Shown here in pieces: positions 54,722-64,000 of a DNA stretch of 64,000 nucleotides. The notes beneath the pieces are model-generated. The model made no database searches. It was not told where the DNA came from and worked only from the letters and a program-made list of their open reading frames with translations. The number at the start of each line of letters is the position of its first letter. Positions within the stretch are counted from its first letter, which is position 1. The translations under genes and the position numbers were made by a program. The DNA lies in NCBI GenBank assembly GCA_050952645.1, contig JBMNLI010000007.1:32001-96000 (forward strand), given 5' to 3'. This DNA comes from Bdellovibrionota bacterium. GTDB taxonomy: Bacteria; Bdellovibrionota_C; UBA2361; CAKMMH01.

Positions 54722-55063
54722 ATGAATAAAGATACTAAAAAAATAGATATTAATAAAATAAATATAGACGCATTAGATGATAAAACCTCTGGCATATATT
54801 TAAAAGTGCCTGAAAAGAAAGTAGTTATGATGCAGTCTTATTTTGAAATTTATGATGGAATAGCAACGGTTAGAACGCTCGATATAAGAAATTCGCTTAT
54901 CTGTATTATAGTTCCAAATTGCAACTTGCAAATATGTTTAGAAATTTTAGAAAGTATTAAAAAAGATGTAGGTTTTGAGTTTATTAAAAAGCCTGAAAAC
55001 ATAAAAGAAAATGATTTTGTAGGTTTTAAGAATACGCAAGTTTTTAGAGGGGGTAGAGTATAA
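54722..55063 (+). CDS. Small conserved protein, DUF4911-like
   Basis: FEIYDGIATVRTLD pattern. Confidence 0.6.
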   Translation: MNKDTKKIDINKINIDALDDKTSGIYLKVPEKKVVMMQSYFEIYDGIATVRTLDIRNSLICIIVPNCNLQICLEILESIKKDVGFEFIKKPENIKENDFVGFKNTQVFRGGRV

Positions 55064-55082
55064 ACTAAAATTTTAGTTCTTC

Positions 55083-56075
55083 TTATTTTGCATTTACTAT
55101 TTCTAAAAGGATATCATCGGCCGTTATATTATCGACATCTGCTGTAAAATTTAAGATAACCCTATGTCTTAGCGTTGGGATAAAGGCTTTTTTAATATCA
55201 TCAAAAGAAGTATTTATTCTTCCATCTAAAAGAGCCAAAACCTTAGAGAGCATAATAAGTCCTTGAGCTCCTCTAGGGCCAGGAGGAAAAGATACGTATT
55301 TTTTTACTTTCATCGTTGAAAATTTATTTTTAGGGTTTAAAGCTTCAAGCATTCTAACGACTACATCTAAAAGAGTTTCTGAGATTATCACTTCCTTTAC
55401 GAGTGCTTTCATATTCGTTATAGTTTCTTTAGGGTTTTCAAACACGACATCTATTTTTGCGTTATCGCTTCTAGTAGTCCTTAAAATAATTTCTTTTAAT
55501 TGAGTAGCGTTAGGTAAGGTTAAAATAAGTTTCGTTAAAAATCTATCTAGTTGTGCTTCGGGTAACGGATACGTTCCTTCGAGTTCTATCGGGTTTTGAG
55601 TAGCGAGAACGAAAAAGGGTTCTTTAAGTTTATAAGTTGTATCAAAACTCGATACTTGTCTTTCTTCCATCGCTTCAAGTAAGGCAGATTGCGTCTTAGG
55701 GGTAGCCCTGTTAATTTCGTCTGCTAGCACTATATTTGAAAAAATTGGGCCACGCTTAAAGGTAAAATCTCTTTTTCCGCTATCGTCTTGAGATAAGATT
55801 AAAGTTCCCGTTAAATCGGTAGGCATTAAGTCTGGAGTAAATTGAATTCTTTTGAAATCTAAATTTAAAACTTGAGAAATAGTTTTAACGAGTAAAGTTT
55901 TGCCAAGTCCAGGGACACCTTCAAGGAGAACGTGTCCATTAGCAAAGATTGAAGCTAAGGTAAACTCTATAATATCGTCCATATCTACGATGCGTTTTTG
56001 AACCTCAGATTTTATCTTATAAAAATTTAAGCTAAACTCTTTTACTTTGTTTTCTAAGTCTTTAGTTGTTTCCAT
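55083..56075 (-). CDS. moxR: MoxR family AAA+ ATPase
   Basis: EGVPGLGKT, RIQFTPDLMP, DEINRA, ATQNPIE, LPEAQLDRF. Confidence 0.93.
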   Translation of the reverse strand: METTKDLENKVKEFSLNFYKIKSEVQKRIVDMDDIIEFTLASIFANGHVLLEGVPGLGKTLLVKTISQVLNLDFKRIQFTPDLMPTDLTGTLILSQDDSGKRDFTFKRGPIFSNIVLADEINRATPKTQSALLEAMEERQVSSFDTTYKLKEPFFVLATQNPIELEGTYPLPEAQLDRFLTKLILTLPNATQLKEIILRTTRSDNAKIDVVFENPKETITNMKALVKEVIISETLLDVVVRMLEALNPKNKFSTMKVKKYVSFPPGPRGAQGLIMLSKVLALLDGRINTSFDDIKKAFIPTLRHRVILNFTADVDNITADDILLEIVNAK

Positions 56076-56081
56076 AATGTT

Positions 56082-57707
56082 TTAATTATCTTTTAAAATA
56101 TTTTGATATTCAAGAGGAATTTTAATTTTTTTCTGAGGCTTTTTGTTTTTATCATTTAATTTCGATGCTTCAATTTTAGTAGTTAGCTTAATTGCATCGC
56201 CTTTAGTAAGCTCCCCCTGCACGCTCCCCTCGTTTTTATTAAGATCTTTTAAATCGTTTTTAATGAAAGCCTCCTTTAATTTAGGTGATACTTTTTTATC
56301 CTTTCTCGCCCGTTCTAGCTCTTTTCCATCTATGCTAGCACCGCCGTGGTATTCGTTTTCTTTATCTTCTTTATGCTTTTTCTTCTCTTTTTTATTTTCT
56401 TTCTCTTCTTTATTCTCTTCATTCTCTCCTTGATCTTGATTTTTTTCTTTATCTTTTTTCTCTTCTTTTGCTTTATTCTTTTCTTTATTTCCTTCTTTAT
56501 TTCCTTCTTTTTCGTCTTTTAAAGGTTCTATCGATGAGGCATCACTTCTTTCTTTGTTATCGCTTTTGTTTTCATCTTGGGTTTCGTTTTGGGTTTTATC
56601 ATTATTATTTTTTTCGATTTTACTATTATCGTGTTTTTGATTTTCTTTATTTTTATTTTCTTTTTCTTTTTTAATTTGTTCTTCAAGGTCTTTTTTTATT
56701 TTATCTAATTCTTTTTGTAAGTCGTTAATACTTGGGTTGTTGTAATCTTCGTCTCTTGCATTTTGTTTATCATTTTTTGTGCTATCTTGATTTTGAGTTT
56801 TGTTTTCTTCTTTATTTTGATTATTGGAATCTTGATTATTAGAAGTGTCTCCGTCTTGCTCTTTAGAATCTGCTCCTTTAGATTCCCCTTGTGTTTGAGT
56901 CTGAGTTTGAGTAGGTGGCAGAGTGTTTGTAGGAGTAAATGTAGGAGTAGGTGTAAGAGGCTTTTCGTTATCTTCTAAATTATCATTTGGAGCGTTTTTA
57001 TTTAGGGTATTTTCTTTAAAGTTTTTAATATCATCTAAAGCTTTGGTTTTAGTAGTTTTAGTATTTAATTTTTCTATAAGGCCTTGAAGTTCATTTTTAA
57101 ATTTTTGAGAAATTGAGCTATCGGCTTTAATCTCACGGTTTATTTTATTTAATTTTTCTAAAGAGCTTTCGTTTATTATAGGAATAAATGTAAATTGCAC
57201 TAGAAAACAAAACAAAAGTAAGTAATTTAAGAATAATAAAATATGAGTTTTTTTTATTTTAATTTCTTCAAAGCTCGAAGCTTTTTTAGAGTTTAATAAA
57301 TAAGTTAATTGATTTTCTAGAAAAGTAATTTTTTCGTTATTGTTTGTGTTATCGTTTGTAGAATCATTCACGACGTTATTTATAGTATTATTTTTTATCT
57401 TTATATTTTTGATGGCTTCTAGGTAGCTTTCATATCTATTTTTTAAATTAAAGTGGGCATCTATTCTTAAATTTATTTTTTTCTTATTAAGAAAAATTAT
57501 TACTAACGATAATATAAAAGAGATAATTATAGAAGAAATTAAAATTATAAAAAAATCTTTGTAATATAATTTTGAGTTTAATAAAAGAAAGTAAAAGATA
57601 ACGATTAGACTATTTATAAATATAAAGACGAGGAGTAAGTCATAAAAAACTTTTAGAAAGCTCTTAAAATGTAAATCTTTTATAAATTTTTTTATATTTT
57701 TATTCAT
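56082..57707 (-). CDS. Hypothetical three-TM protein with long charged low-complexity tail
   Basis: 541-aa ORF; TM segments, PT-rich linker, K/E/N/Q-rich tail, C-terminal IPLEY. Confidence 0.7.
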   Translation of the reverse strand: MNKNIKKFIKDLHFKSFLKVFYDLLLVFIFINSLIVIFYFLLLNSKLYYKDFFIILISSIIISFILSLVIIFLNKKKINLRIDAHFNLKNRYESYLEAIKNIKIKNNTINNVVNDSTNDNTNNNEKITFLENQLTYLLNSKKASSFEEIKIKKTHILLFLNYLLLFCFLVQFTFIPIINESSLEKLNKINREIKADSSISQKFKNELQGLIEKLNTKTTKTKALDDIKNFKENTLNKNAPNDNLEDNEKPLTPTPTFTPTNTLPPTQTQTQTQGESKGADSKEQDGDTSNNQDSNNQNKEENKTQNQDSTKNDKQNARDEDYNNPSINDLQKELDKIKKDLEEQIKKEKENKNKENQKHDNSKIEKNNNDKTQNETQDENKSDNKERSDASSIEPLKDEKEGNKEGNKEKNKAKEEKKDKEKNQDQGENEENKEEKENKKEKKKHKEDKENEYHGGASIDGKELERARKDKKVSPKLKEAFIKNDLKDLNKNEGSVQGELTKGDAIKLTTKIEASKLNDKNKKPQKKIKIPLEYQNILKDN

Positions 57708-57765
57708 ATCATTAGCACAAGCCCTAACTTAAAGCATGAAGCCCGTTTTTCTTCTAATCTTCATT

Positions 57766-58755
57766 TCAGTTCTTTATATCCACCGCATCTATAAAGTATA
57801 AGCTTTTATTATTTGGGTTAAGAGAGAAAGATATAAAATTTCCGCTCGTCGGGTATAGAGCAGCCTTTATAGCCTTAGAACTTGGCGAGCAAATAGGCGT
57901 AGGAGGAAGCCCAATATTTAAAAAAGTGTTAAATGGAGAGTATTGCTTTTTAGCTTCTTCGGTTAAGGGACGAGCCTCGTAGGGTTTTCCGTAGTATACT
58001 GTAGATGTTGCATTTAAAGGGAGTTCCTTTTTTAATCTATTGTGGTAAGTAGCAGATACATTTCTTAAAGTTAGCTGATCTTTTACAATATTTAACTCCG
58101 TGCACTCGCCTTCGATAATAGATGCTAAGATTAAAATTTCTTCTTTATCCATTCCTAAAAATTTGGCCTGCTGATCATATATCGGAAGCCAGTGTTTTTT
58201 TTCTTGCTCTAAAATTTTCGATATCATTTCTTCTATCGTTATAGGGAGACTAAATTTATACGTTGAAGGGAAAAGCCTTCCTTCAAGTGTTCCATTTTTT
58301 ATACCTAAACTTACTATGTATTCTTTATCGTAAAATTTCTGTTCTAACTCTTCTTTAGTTCCTATGCCGGCAACCCTAAATTTTTCTATAATTTTAGTAA
58401 TAGTATCTGCTGGGGCTATCTTTAATTCTCTAACTTTAACATCAGCCTTGTTTATTTTTTTTACTATGCTTAGCGGCGTCATGGCCGCGGAGAGTTCGTA
58501 TTCACCGATGTTAATTTTATTGTTGAATGAACGCAATTTAGCAATAGTGTGGAAGCTCCACCAATGCTTTATAATTTTTTCGTCTTCTAATAATTTTCCT
58601 ATTTCTTTCGTATCTCCTTTAACTATGATAAGTTTCGTTTCGGTAGACTTAGGCATATAAGCAGATAGAAACAAATAGTGCAAAATAAGATAAGTGCATA
58701 AAGCCGTTATTAGAGGAAAGAAAAAAAGAATGGAAAGTTTTATTATTTGCTTCAT
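57766..58755 (-). CDS. mltG: Endolytic transglycosylase MltG
   Basis: N-terminal TM; LEGRLFPSTY, LASIIEGE, NRL, SPFNT..GLPPTPI. Confidence 0.9.
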   Translation of the reverse strand: MKQIIKLSILFFFPLITALCTYLILHYLFLSAYMPKSTETKLIIVKGDTKEIGKLLEDEKIIKHWWSFHTIAKLRSFNNKINIGEYELSAAMTPLSIVKKINKADVKVRELKIAPADTITKIIEKFRVAGIGTKEELEQKFYDKEYIVSLGIKNGTLEGRLFPSTYKFSLPITIEEMISKILEQEKKHWLPIYDQQAKFLGMDKEEILILASIIEGECTELNIVKDQLTLRNVSATYHNRLKKELPLNATSTVYYGKPYEARPLTEEAKKQYSPFNTFLNIGLPPTPICSPSSKAIKAALYPTSGNFISFSLNPNNKSLYFIDAVDIKN

Positions 58756-58878
58756 AGTTTATTTTGTTTTTAAATACTAAATACGATGTGCATATACGAT
58801 GTGCATATAATTGTGCATACAATGTGAGCACGTAACTTATAATACATAACATATAACACATAATATATAACACATAAT

Positions 58879-60736
58879 CCTTAACTTTGCAAAAAAGTTC
58901 ACCTAAAATTTTTTTTGTAATTTTTTATTTATTTGAGCAGCTTTTAATCTTACCTTATCAGCATCTATATCAAACGCATTTAATATAGTTTTTTGTCTTT
59001 TGCTTACTGCATAGCTCAGCTGATATAAATCCTTACTCCCTCTTACCATTTCAATTTTTTCAAGTTCTTTTAATGCGGCAGGAACATTCATATAGTTTGG
59101 CTTTTTTGTTAGCTTAGAAAGTTCTTCATTAAGTAGAATATAAATGCGATTGCGAATTATAAGTGCTATAAACTCTATAAAAATTTTAGCAGATACTGCC
59201 TGAGATGAATGAACTCTCATACTTTTTGAGCCTAAAAAAGTCTTATCAATAGCAAAAAGTTTCTCAGTTGCGTCTCTACCCTTGTAAAGTATTATAGCTT
59301 CTTTAGCACTCATTTCTTCCGAACTAACAAGACAAAAATACCCACATAAATTAAGAGCCTTTTGAATTTCATCTGCTCTCTCTTCTACTTTTCTTAACTT
59401 TCCTTGATTGTCATAACTTAAATCAAAAAATTGCTTATACGTTTGTCCAAACTTTGTATCTTTGCCAATATGGTTTTTTAAAAATTGTTCAAACTCCTCT
59501 AATTTAATTTCTAGTTGCTCCCTCTCAAATGCTTGCTTTTCCGCACTAAAATAAACATGAAAATAACGCTCCTTACTATCATCATCATATAATTTTGATT
59601 TCACTGTAGTGCCATATACCTTGTATAAGCGAATACTACAGTCTCTTTTAGACTCAAATGTATTCCTGTTTTCTTCTACTAATTTAGAAACTAAAGCCTT
59701 ACACCCTTTTACCATCAATAAAAAAGAAAAACCACTATTATCCATATATTGAATATTATATTTACTAAAATAACCACGGTCTAAAATAAATCCTATCTTT
59801 TTATATCCATACTCTATAACCTTATCTGCCATATGAGTAAATTGAGAAACGTCTGTAATAGAACCAGGATACTCTTCGTAAAATAACGGAACTCTATTCG
59901 TTTGATCAAAGGCAATGGATAAATTAAATACTGGGAATCCTTTTTCGTCTTTCGCTTTACCAAACTCTACTAATTCAACATCACCTGCTTGACAGTTCTT
60001 ATTAGTCGAATCATATGAAACGTAAACCATTTGATTGCGATCTTTTCCCTTGTTCCAATCGTCAAGAAAGTTAATTATCTGCTCTTTGCTAACAGAAGAA
60101 AGAAAACGACTTATGGTAGAATCACTATAGATGCGCATACCTTTTGTAAAGAGTGGATGAGAAAAGGCGTAGTCTGGATAATACTGACTGACATTCTCTT
60201 CATTTACAATAAAATAACTCGCTAAATCAAGTATAAGTTCACTACGTTCACCAAAATGTTTTTTTAGTAAAAAAGGCAAATTAAATTCATTTGCTACTTT
60301 TTCAATCACCAAGTGGGGACCTATACGAAGACAACAACTGCGTGAAGCGTCTGAAAATTTCTCGGGCATAGGGGCATCTGGAAAATAATTACTATAATTG
60401 TCATTAGGGTACATAATATCATCTCTACCATCAACTAATTTTCCAATAACGCTACGCTTTGGATTAGTATACTGTTTCTCTTTATTATAAGTGCGATCGT
60501 ATTCAAAAAGCACATATTTTGCTTCCCCTTTTTCTCTTATAATTATTTTATTTCTTTGCTCTGGTAATGGAACTGTTCGATTGTAATTCATAAAACCTCC
60601 TTTAGGTTAACGGTTGCACTAAAAGTATAGCATAGTAAATACACAGATGCAAGTAAAAAAATGCATAATTTAACGATTATTTCTTATTTATTTTAATTGA
60701 TTATTTGTTTAGGTGAACTTTTTTGAAAAGTTAAGG
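58879..60736 (-). mobile_element. Complete IS1634-family insertion sequence, 1858 bp
   Basis: 29-bp TIR CCTTAACTTT(G/T)CAAAAAAGTTCACCTAAA with 1 mismatch; 5-bp direct repeat ATAAT (58874-58878, 60737-60741). Confidence 0.88.
58903..60591 (-). CDS. DDE transposase, IS1634 family
   Basis: YDST, FGKAKD, LDRGYFS, YKGRDATEKLF; 562 aa. Confidence 0.9.
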   Translation of the reverse strand: MNYNRTVPLPEQRNKIIIREKGEAKYVLFEYDRTYNKEKQYTNPKRSVIGKLVDGRDDIMYPNDNYSNYFPDAPMPEKFSDASRSCCLRIGPHLVIEKVANEFNLPFLLKKHFGERSELILDLASYFIVNEENVSQYYPDYAFSHPLFTKGMRIYSDSTISRFLSSVSKEQIINFLDDWNKGKDRNQMVYVSYDSTNKNCQAGDVELVEFGKAKDEKGFPVFNLSIAFDQTNRVPLFYEEYPGSITDVSQFTHMADKVIEYGYKKIGFILDRGYFSKYNIQYMDNSGFSFLLMVKGCKALVSKLVEENRNTFESKRDCSIRLYKVYGTTVKSKLYDDDSKERYFHVYFSAEKQAFEREQLEIKLEEFEQFLKNHIGKDTKFGQTYKQFFDLSYDNQGKLRKVEERADEIQKALNLCGYFCLVSSEEMSAKEAIILYKGRDATEKLFAIDKTFLGSKSMRVHSSQAVSAKIFIEFIALIIRNRIYILLNEELSKLTKKPNYMNVPAALKELEKIEMVRGSKDLYQLSYAVSKRQKTILNAFDIDADKVRLKAAQINKKLQKKF

Positions 60737-60765
60737 ATAATATATAACACGCACACAATATATAT

Positions 60766-61266
60766 TTATACTATAATATTTTCATTTGCAAAATACCTTT
60801 CAAGTATAATAGCAGCCGACATAGCGTCTATAACTCCAGAATCTCTAGTTTTTTTATCGCTCGTTTTTATATTAAGTCTTTCTTTAGCCTCGTAGGAACT
60901 AAAGAACTCATCGATAAATACGTATGGGATATTATTATTATCTTCGCTAAGTTTTTTTACAAAAGTGCGAACTTTTTGTGATGTAGTCGTTTCTTTATTA
61001 TCTTCATTTAAAGGAAGCCCTGAAACTATAAAAGATATATTTTTTTCTTTAATAAGATTTTTTATTTTTAATGTAGCTTCTTTTTTGTTTATAGTTTTTA
61101 GTGGAAAAACATTTTTAGTTTCGCTGTAGCCTATAGCTAGTCCTATGCGAGCTTCTCCTACATCTAGACTTAAGATATTGCTAGGGCTACTACTCTGCTC
61201 GTTAGTAAGGCTTTTATTATTTTTATTGTTATTATTATCTTGGTTGTCGTTAAGTTTGTTAGTCAT
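60766..61266 (-). CDS. ruvX: YqgF/RuvX pre-16S rRNA nuclease
   Basis: LDVGEARIGLA, GLPL, DEFFSS, IDAMSAAIIL; start uncertain. Confidence 0.9.
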   Translation of the reverse strand: MTNKLNDNQDNNNNKNNKSLTNEQSSSPSNILSLDVGEARIGLAIGYSETKNVFPLKTINKKEATLKIKNLIKEKNISFIVSGLPLNEDNKETTTSQKVRTFVKKLSEDNNNIPYVFIDEFFSSYEAKERLNIKTSDKKTRDSGVIDAMSAAIILERYFANENIIV

Positions 61267-61711
61267 ACTTCTTATCATAATTTGTTAGTCGTGCTTGTTA
61301 GTCGTGCCTGTTAGTCATATTAGCAAAAAAAAGGGGTATAATTTTTAAAAGATATTAAACGCTGTTTTAGCTATACTACATTAAAAGATTATACAATAAA
61401 ATATAATAAAAACAATATATTATAGTAAAAATATAAATTATTTTCCTTAAAAATGCTAGTCTTAAATTTTTATGAAATTTTTTTTCTCTTTTTAAAAATA
61501 TAATAGATGGCTATACTTAGAAAAGTTATTCTAATTGAAGGCAACTTTAGGTGATTAGTGTGTAAATTTTTTATATAAATTTTTATTTGAAATTTATTTG
61601 AAAAGTTTTTTTAAAGATCGCCGTAGAGGGAGTTTTGTTTTTAGAATTTTTATATTTAAAAAATATTTTAAAAAGTTGCTAGCTAATTTTTTATTGGAAT
61701 GTTTTTAAACT

Positions 61712-63352
61712 ATGGATTTTATAAAAAATAATAAGCTTGCTTGCACACTCGGTGTGTCGTGCTTGCTTATGGGGTTTATATCGATAGCTACTAATAGTAG
61801 TGATAATGGTAGCGATGTAAAAAAAGTTTCTAATGATAATACAAGTATCGCAAGTAGTATTTATAGCGGTGTTTATAATAATGGTGGTTATAATAATAAT
61901 GTAAATAAACAACTGAAAGTTTTTGCTCAAAATTTTCTAGATAAAGATTTTATCTTAAGAGATTTAATCGCAAGAAATGTGGCAAAGGGGAGCGCAAGCT
62001 CTAAAGCTACTTTAAACAATTACGCATCAAGAAGTAGTGTGCTTGAAAGTGGTGTTGGCGTGGGGCTTCATTTCGTAAATAATGAGATGGAAGTAGAAGG
62101 ATTATTACAATCCGAGTCTCAAAAGTTGATAAAAGAATCTAGTGCGATATTAAAGGCAAGACTTCAATATAATGAAGATGAAATAGACAATATAGGTATA
62201 GTTTCTAAAGAGTATGAGCAGGCAAATCTTTTACCGAAAGATTACGTAGATTATAAAGTAGTAAAAGGAGATACTTTAACGAAAGTATTTTTAAAAAATG
62301 GAGATACCGTTCAAGCTAGTTTAAAAGCTTATGATACACTTAAAAAAGCTAATAGGTCTTATGCTTCTTTAAGGCTAGGTGAGATTCTTAAAATTTACAA
62401 GAAAGATGGAAAGATTGATAAGATAGAGAAAAAGCTTTCTTTAGGGAGATCCGTAACGCTTATATTAAGTGATAACGGTTCTTATAAAGTTTCAGTTTAT
62501 GAACCTAAAATAATTGAAGAGGATAAAGTTATTACTGGAAAAATAAGTAGTTGTTTTTCAGTTGAAGCAAAAAGGCTTGGTATTCCTAATGATGTTATAG
62601 ACCAATTCGTCGATCTGTTTAGTAGTAAAGTTTCATTTCGTTCTTCGTTAAAAAGGGGAGATGTTTTTTCTATTAAATATTCTGAAAAGAAAACTACAGA
62701 TGGACTTTTTATTTCAGCGGGAAATATTAAATCGGCATCGATTATAAATAAGGGACGATTTCTATCGCTAGTTGGATATAAAGGAAAGAGTGGAAAGTTA
62801 AGTTATTATAATGAAAAGGGCGAGCCTGCTGGAAACTACATGTTAAGGTATCCACTTAATTTTACAAGAATCTCTTCGGTTTTCTCAGATAATAGGTTGC
62901 ATCCAATTTTAAAGAGAAATAGACCGCACAATGGGGTAGATTTCGCAGCACCAACGGGAACTCCTGTAAGAACCGTTGCAGATGGTCGTATTATTTCCGC
63001 AGGTTGGAATAAGAGTGCAGGAAAGATGATAAAAATTCAGCATGGACCAAAATATAAAACGGCTTATTTGCATCTTTCAAAGATTGCTCCTAATGTTAAA
63101 GTTGGAGCGTACGTTTCAAGGGGGGATTACATAGGGAATGTTGGTAGCACTGGGCTTTCAACGGGGCCTCATTTGCATTATAGTTTTTATGTAAACAATA
63201 AGTATGTAGATCCTTTAAAGGTTGATTTGCCGTCTATGCCTGTAGGTGGAGATAGGATTCCAAACTCTTATTTAAAGAATGCCATAGCAGAGCTTAGGGC
63301 AAATACTGAGGATATGATGGCATCAAAAGAGGACGATGCTACGGAGGCATAA
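61712..63352 (+). CDS. LysM/OapA-M23 peptidoglycan DD-endopeptidase (MepM-like)
   Basis: YKVVKGDTL; HNGVD, YLHL, STGPHLH. Confidence 0.9.
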   Translation: MDFIKNNKLACTLGVSCLLMGFISIATNSSDNGSDVKKVSNDNTSIASSIYSGVYNNGGYNNNVNKQLKVFAQNFLDKDFILRDLIARNVAKGSASSKATLNNYASRSSVLESGVGVGLHFVNNEMEVEGLLQSESQKLIKESSAILKARLQYNEDEIDNIGIVSKEYEQANLLPKDYVDYKVVKGDTLTKVFLKNGDTVQASLKAYDTLKKANRSYASLRLGEILKIYKKDGKIDKIEKKLSLGRSVTLILSDNGSYKVSVYEPKIIEEDKVITGKISSCFSVEAKRLGIPNDVIDQFVDLFSSKVSFRSSLKRGDVFSIKYSEKKTTDGLFISAGNIKSASIINKGRFLSLVGYKGKSGKLSYYNEKGEPAGNYMLRYPLNFTRISSVFSDNRLHPILKRNRPHNGVDFAAPTGTPVRTVADGRIISAGWNKSAGKMIKIQHGPKYKTAYLHLSKIAPNVKVGAYVSRGDYIGNVGSTGLSTGPHLHYSFYVNNKYVDPLKVDLPSMPVGGDRIPNSYLKNAIAELRANTEDMMASKEDDATEA

Positions 63353-63456
63353 AAGCCCTGTTATGTTTTTCACTACTTACTTAATTTAAATTTTAAAATC
63401 AATGTTTCTTTTAGGCTTCTTTGGGGGAAGTGTTGCTAATTTTATTATTCTTTTAA

Positions 63457-64000
63457 ATGTCATGTTTTAATTCTAACGAACTTATAGCAAGGATTATAGC
63501 ACCAAGTTTTGGAAAAGATTTTATTGGTGTAGTCGTTGATGCTAAAGATAAGAACGTAATAAATAAAAAAGTTTTTATTCCTTACGTTTTAGTCGGTGAG
63601 CTAGTAAGGGTAAAAGTATTAAAAGACAGTAAGAATTTCCTGCGTGGTGAAGTTTTAGAGATTGTGGAAGCTTCCCCTTTTAGAGTAGAGCCTAAGTGTC
63701 CATCGTTTTATAGATGTGGTGGGTGTCATTATCAGCATATAGAGTATAGTCAGCAGTTAGAGTATAAAAAGAAAGTAGTTAGTGATTTTCTTTTGTTTCA
63801 ATCTAAGATTTTATCTAGTGATAGTGTAGATGACAATATAAAAGATGGTGGTATAAAAGTTTTAGGTGATAGTAATTTATCTTCTTTTTATTATAGAAAG
63901 AGAGCGGTTATTCATATTTTAGAAAATGGTAAGATGGGTTTTTTTGAGAACGGAACTCACAGCGTGGTAGATTTTGATGAATGTGCATTGTTATCTAGGG
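63457..64000 (+). CDS. rlmD: 23S rRNA (uracil-C5)-methyltransferase, RlmD/TrmA family, 5' partial
   Basis: Hand translation: TRAM-like VFIPYVLVGE, then RVEPKCPSFYRCGGCHYQH; runs off the window. Confidence 0.85.
   Translation, partial: MSCFNSNELIARIIAPSFGKDFIGVVVDAKDKNVINKKVFIPYVLVGELVRVKVLKDSKNFLRGEVLEIVEASPFRVEPKCPSFYRCGGCHYQHIEYSQQLEYKKKVVSDFLLFQSKILSSDSVDDNIKDGGIKVLGDSNLSSFYYRKRAVIHILENGKMGFFENGTHSVVDFDECALLSR

Overview
AT-rich bacterial chromosome segment, mostly housekeeping, from a flagellated diderm organism of deltaproteobacterial/Bdellovibrionota-like character (inferred from gene content only). In order: the 3' half of a class C group II intron; a solitary short flagellin with sigma28-like promoter and CsrA-type GGA hairpins; slt; pgsA; a 1156-aa Ser/Cys-rich protein facing two paralogous lipoproteins; a ~12 kb GT-C glycosylation cluster (GlpD-like, PMT+DUF2298 fusion, second DUF2298, GT2, FAD oxidoreductase, TIGR03663/Agl23-like); smpB; a HEPN-MNT pair; lepB; aas; ung; rsgA; a membrane-anchored Cas4-like nuclease beside a nuclease-less comEC; pyrG; rpsA; mscL; SRP RNA-dnaX-ybaB-recR; two tRNAs; lemA with GT4 genes; a sigma54 activator with a pseudo-kinase; moxR; mltG; an intact IS1634-family element; ruvX; an M23 peptidase; and partial rlmD. 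Most notable: the TM-Cas4/ComEC pair, a dispersed modular hairpin MITE family with 8-bp target duplications just after stop codons, dnaX tau requiring recoding at an A10 run, and the Ser-rich protein beside the GT-C locus. Several single-base homopolymer frameshifts suggest assembly errors, so frameshift-based claims need read-level checks.
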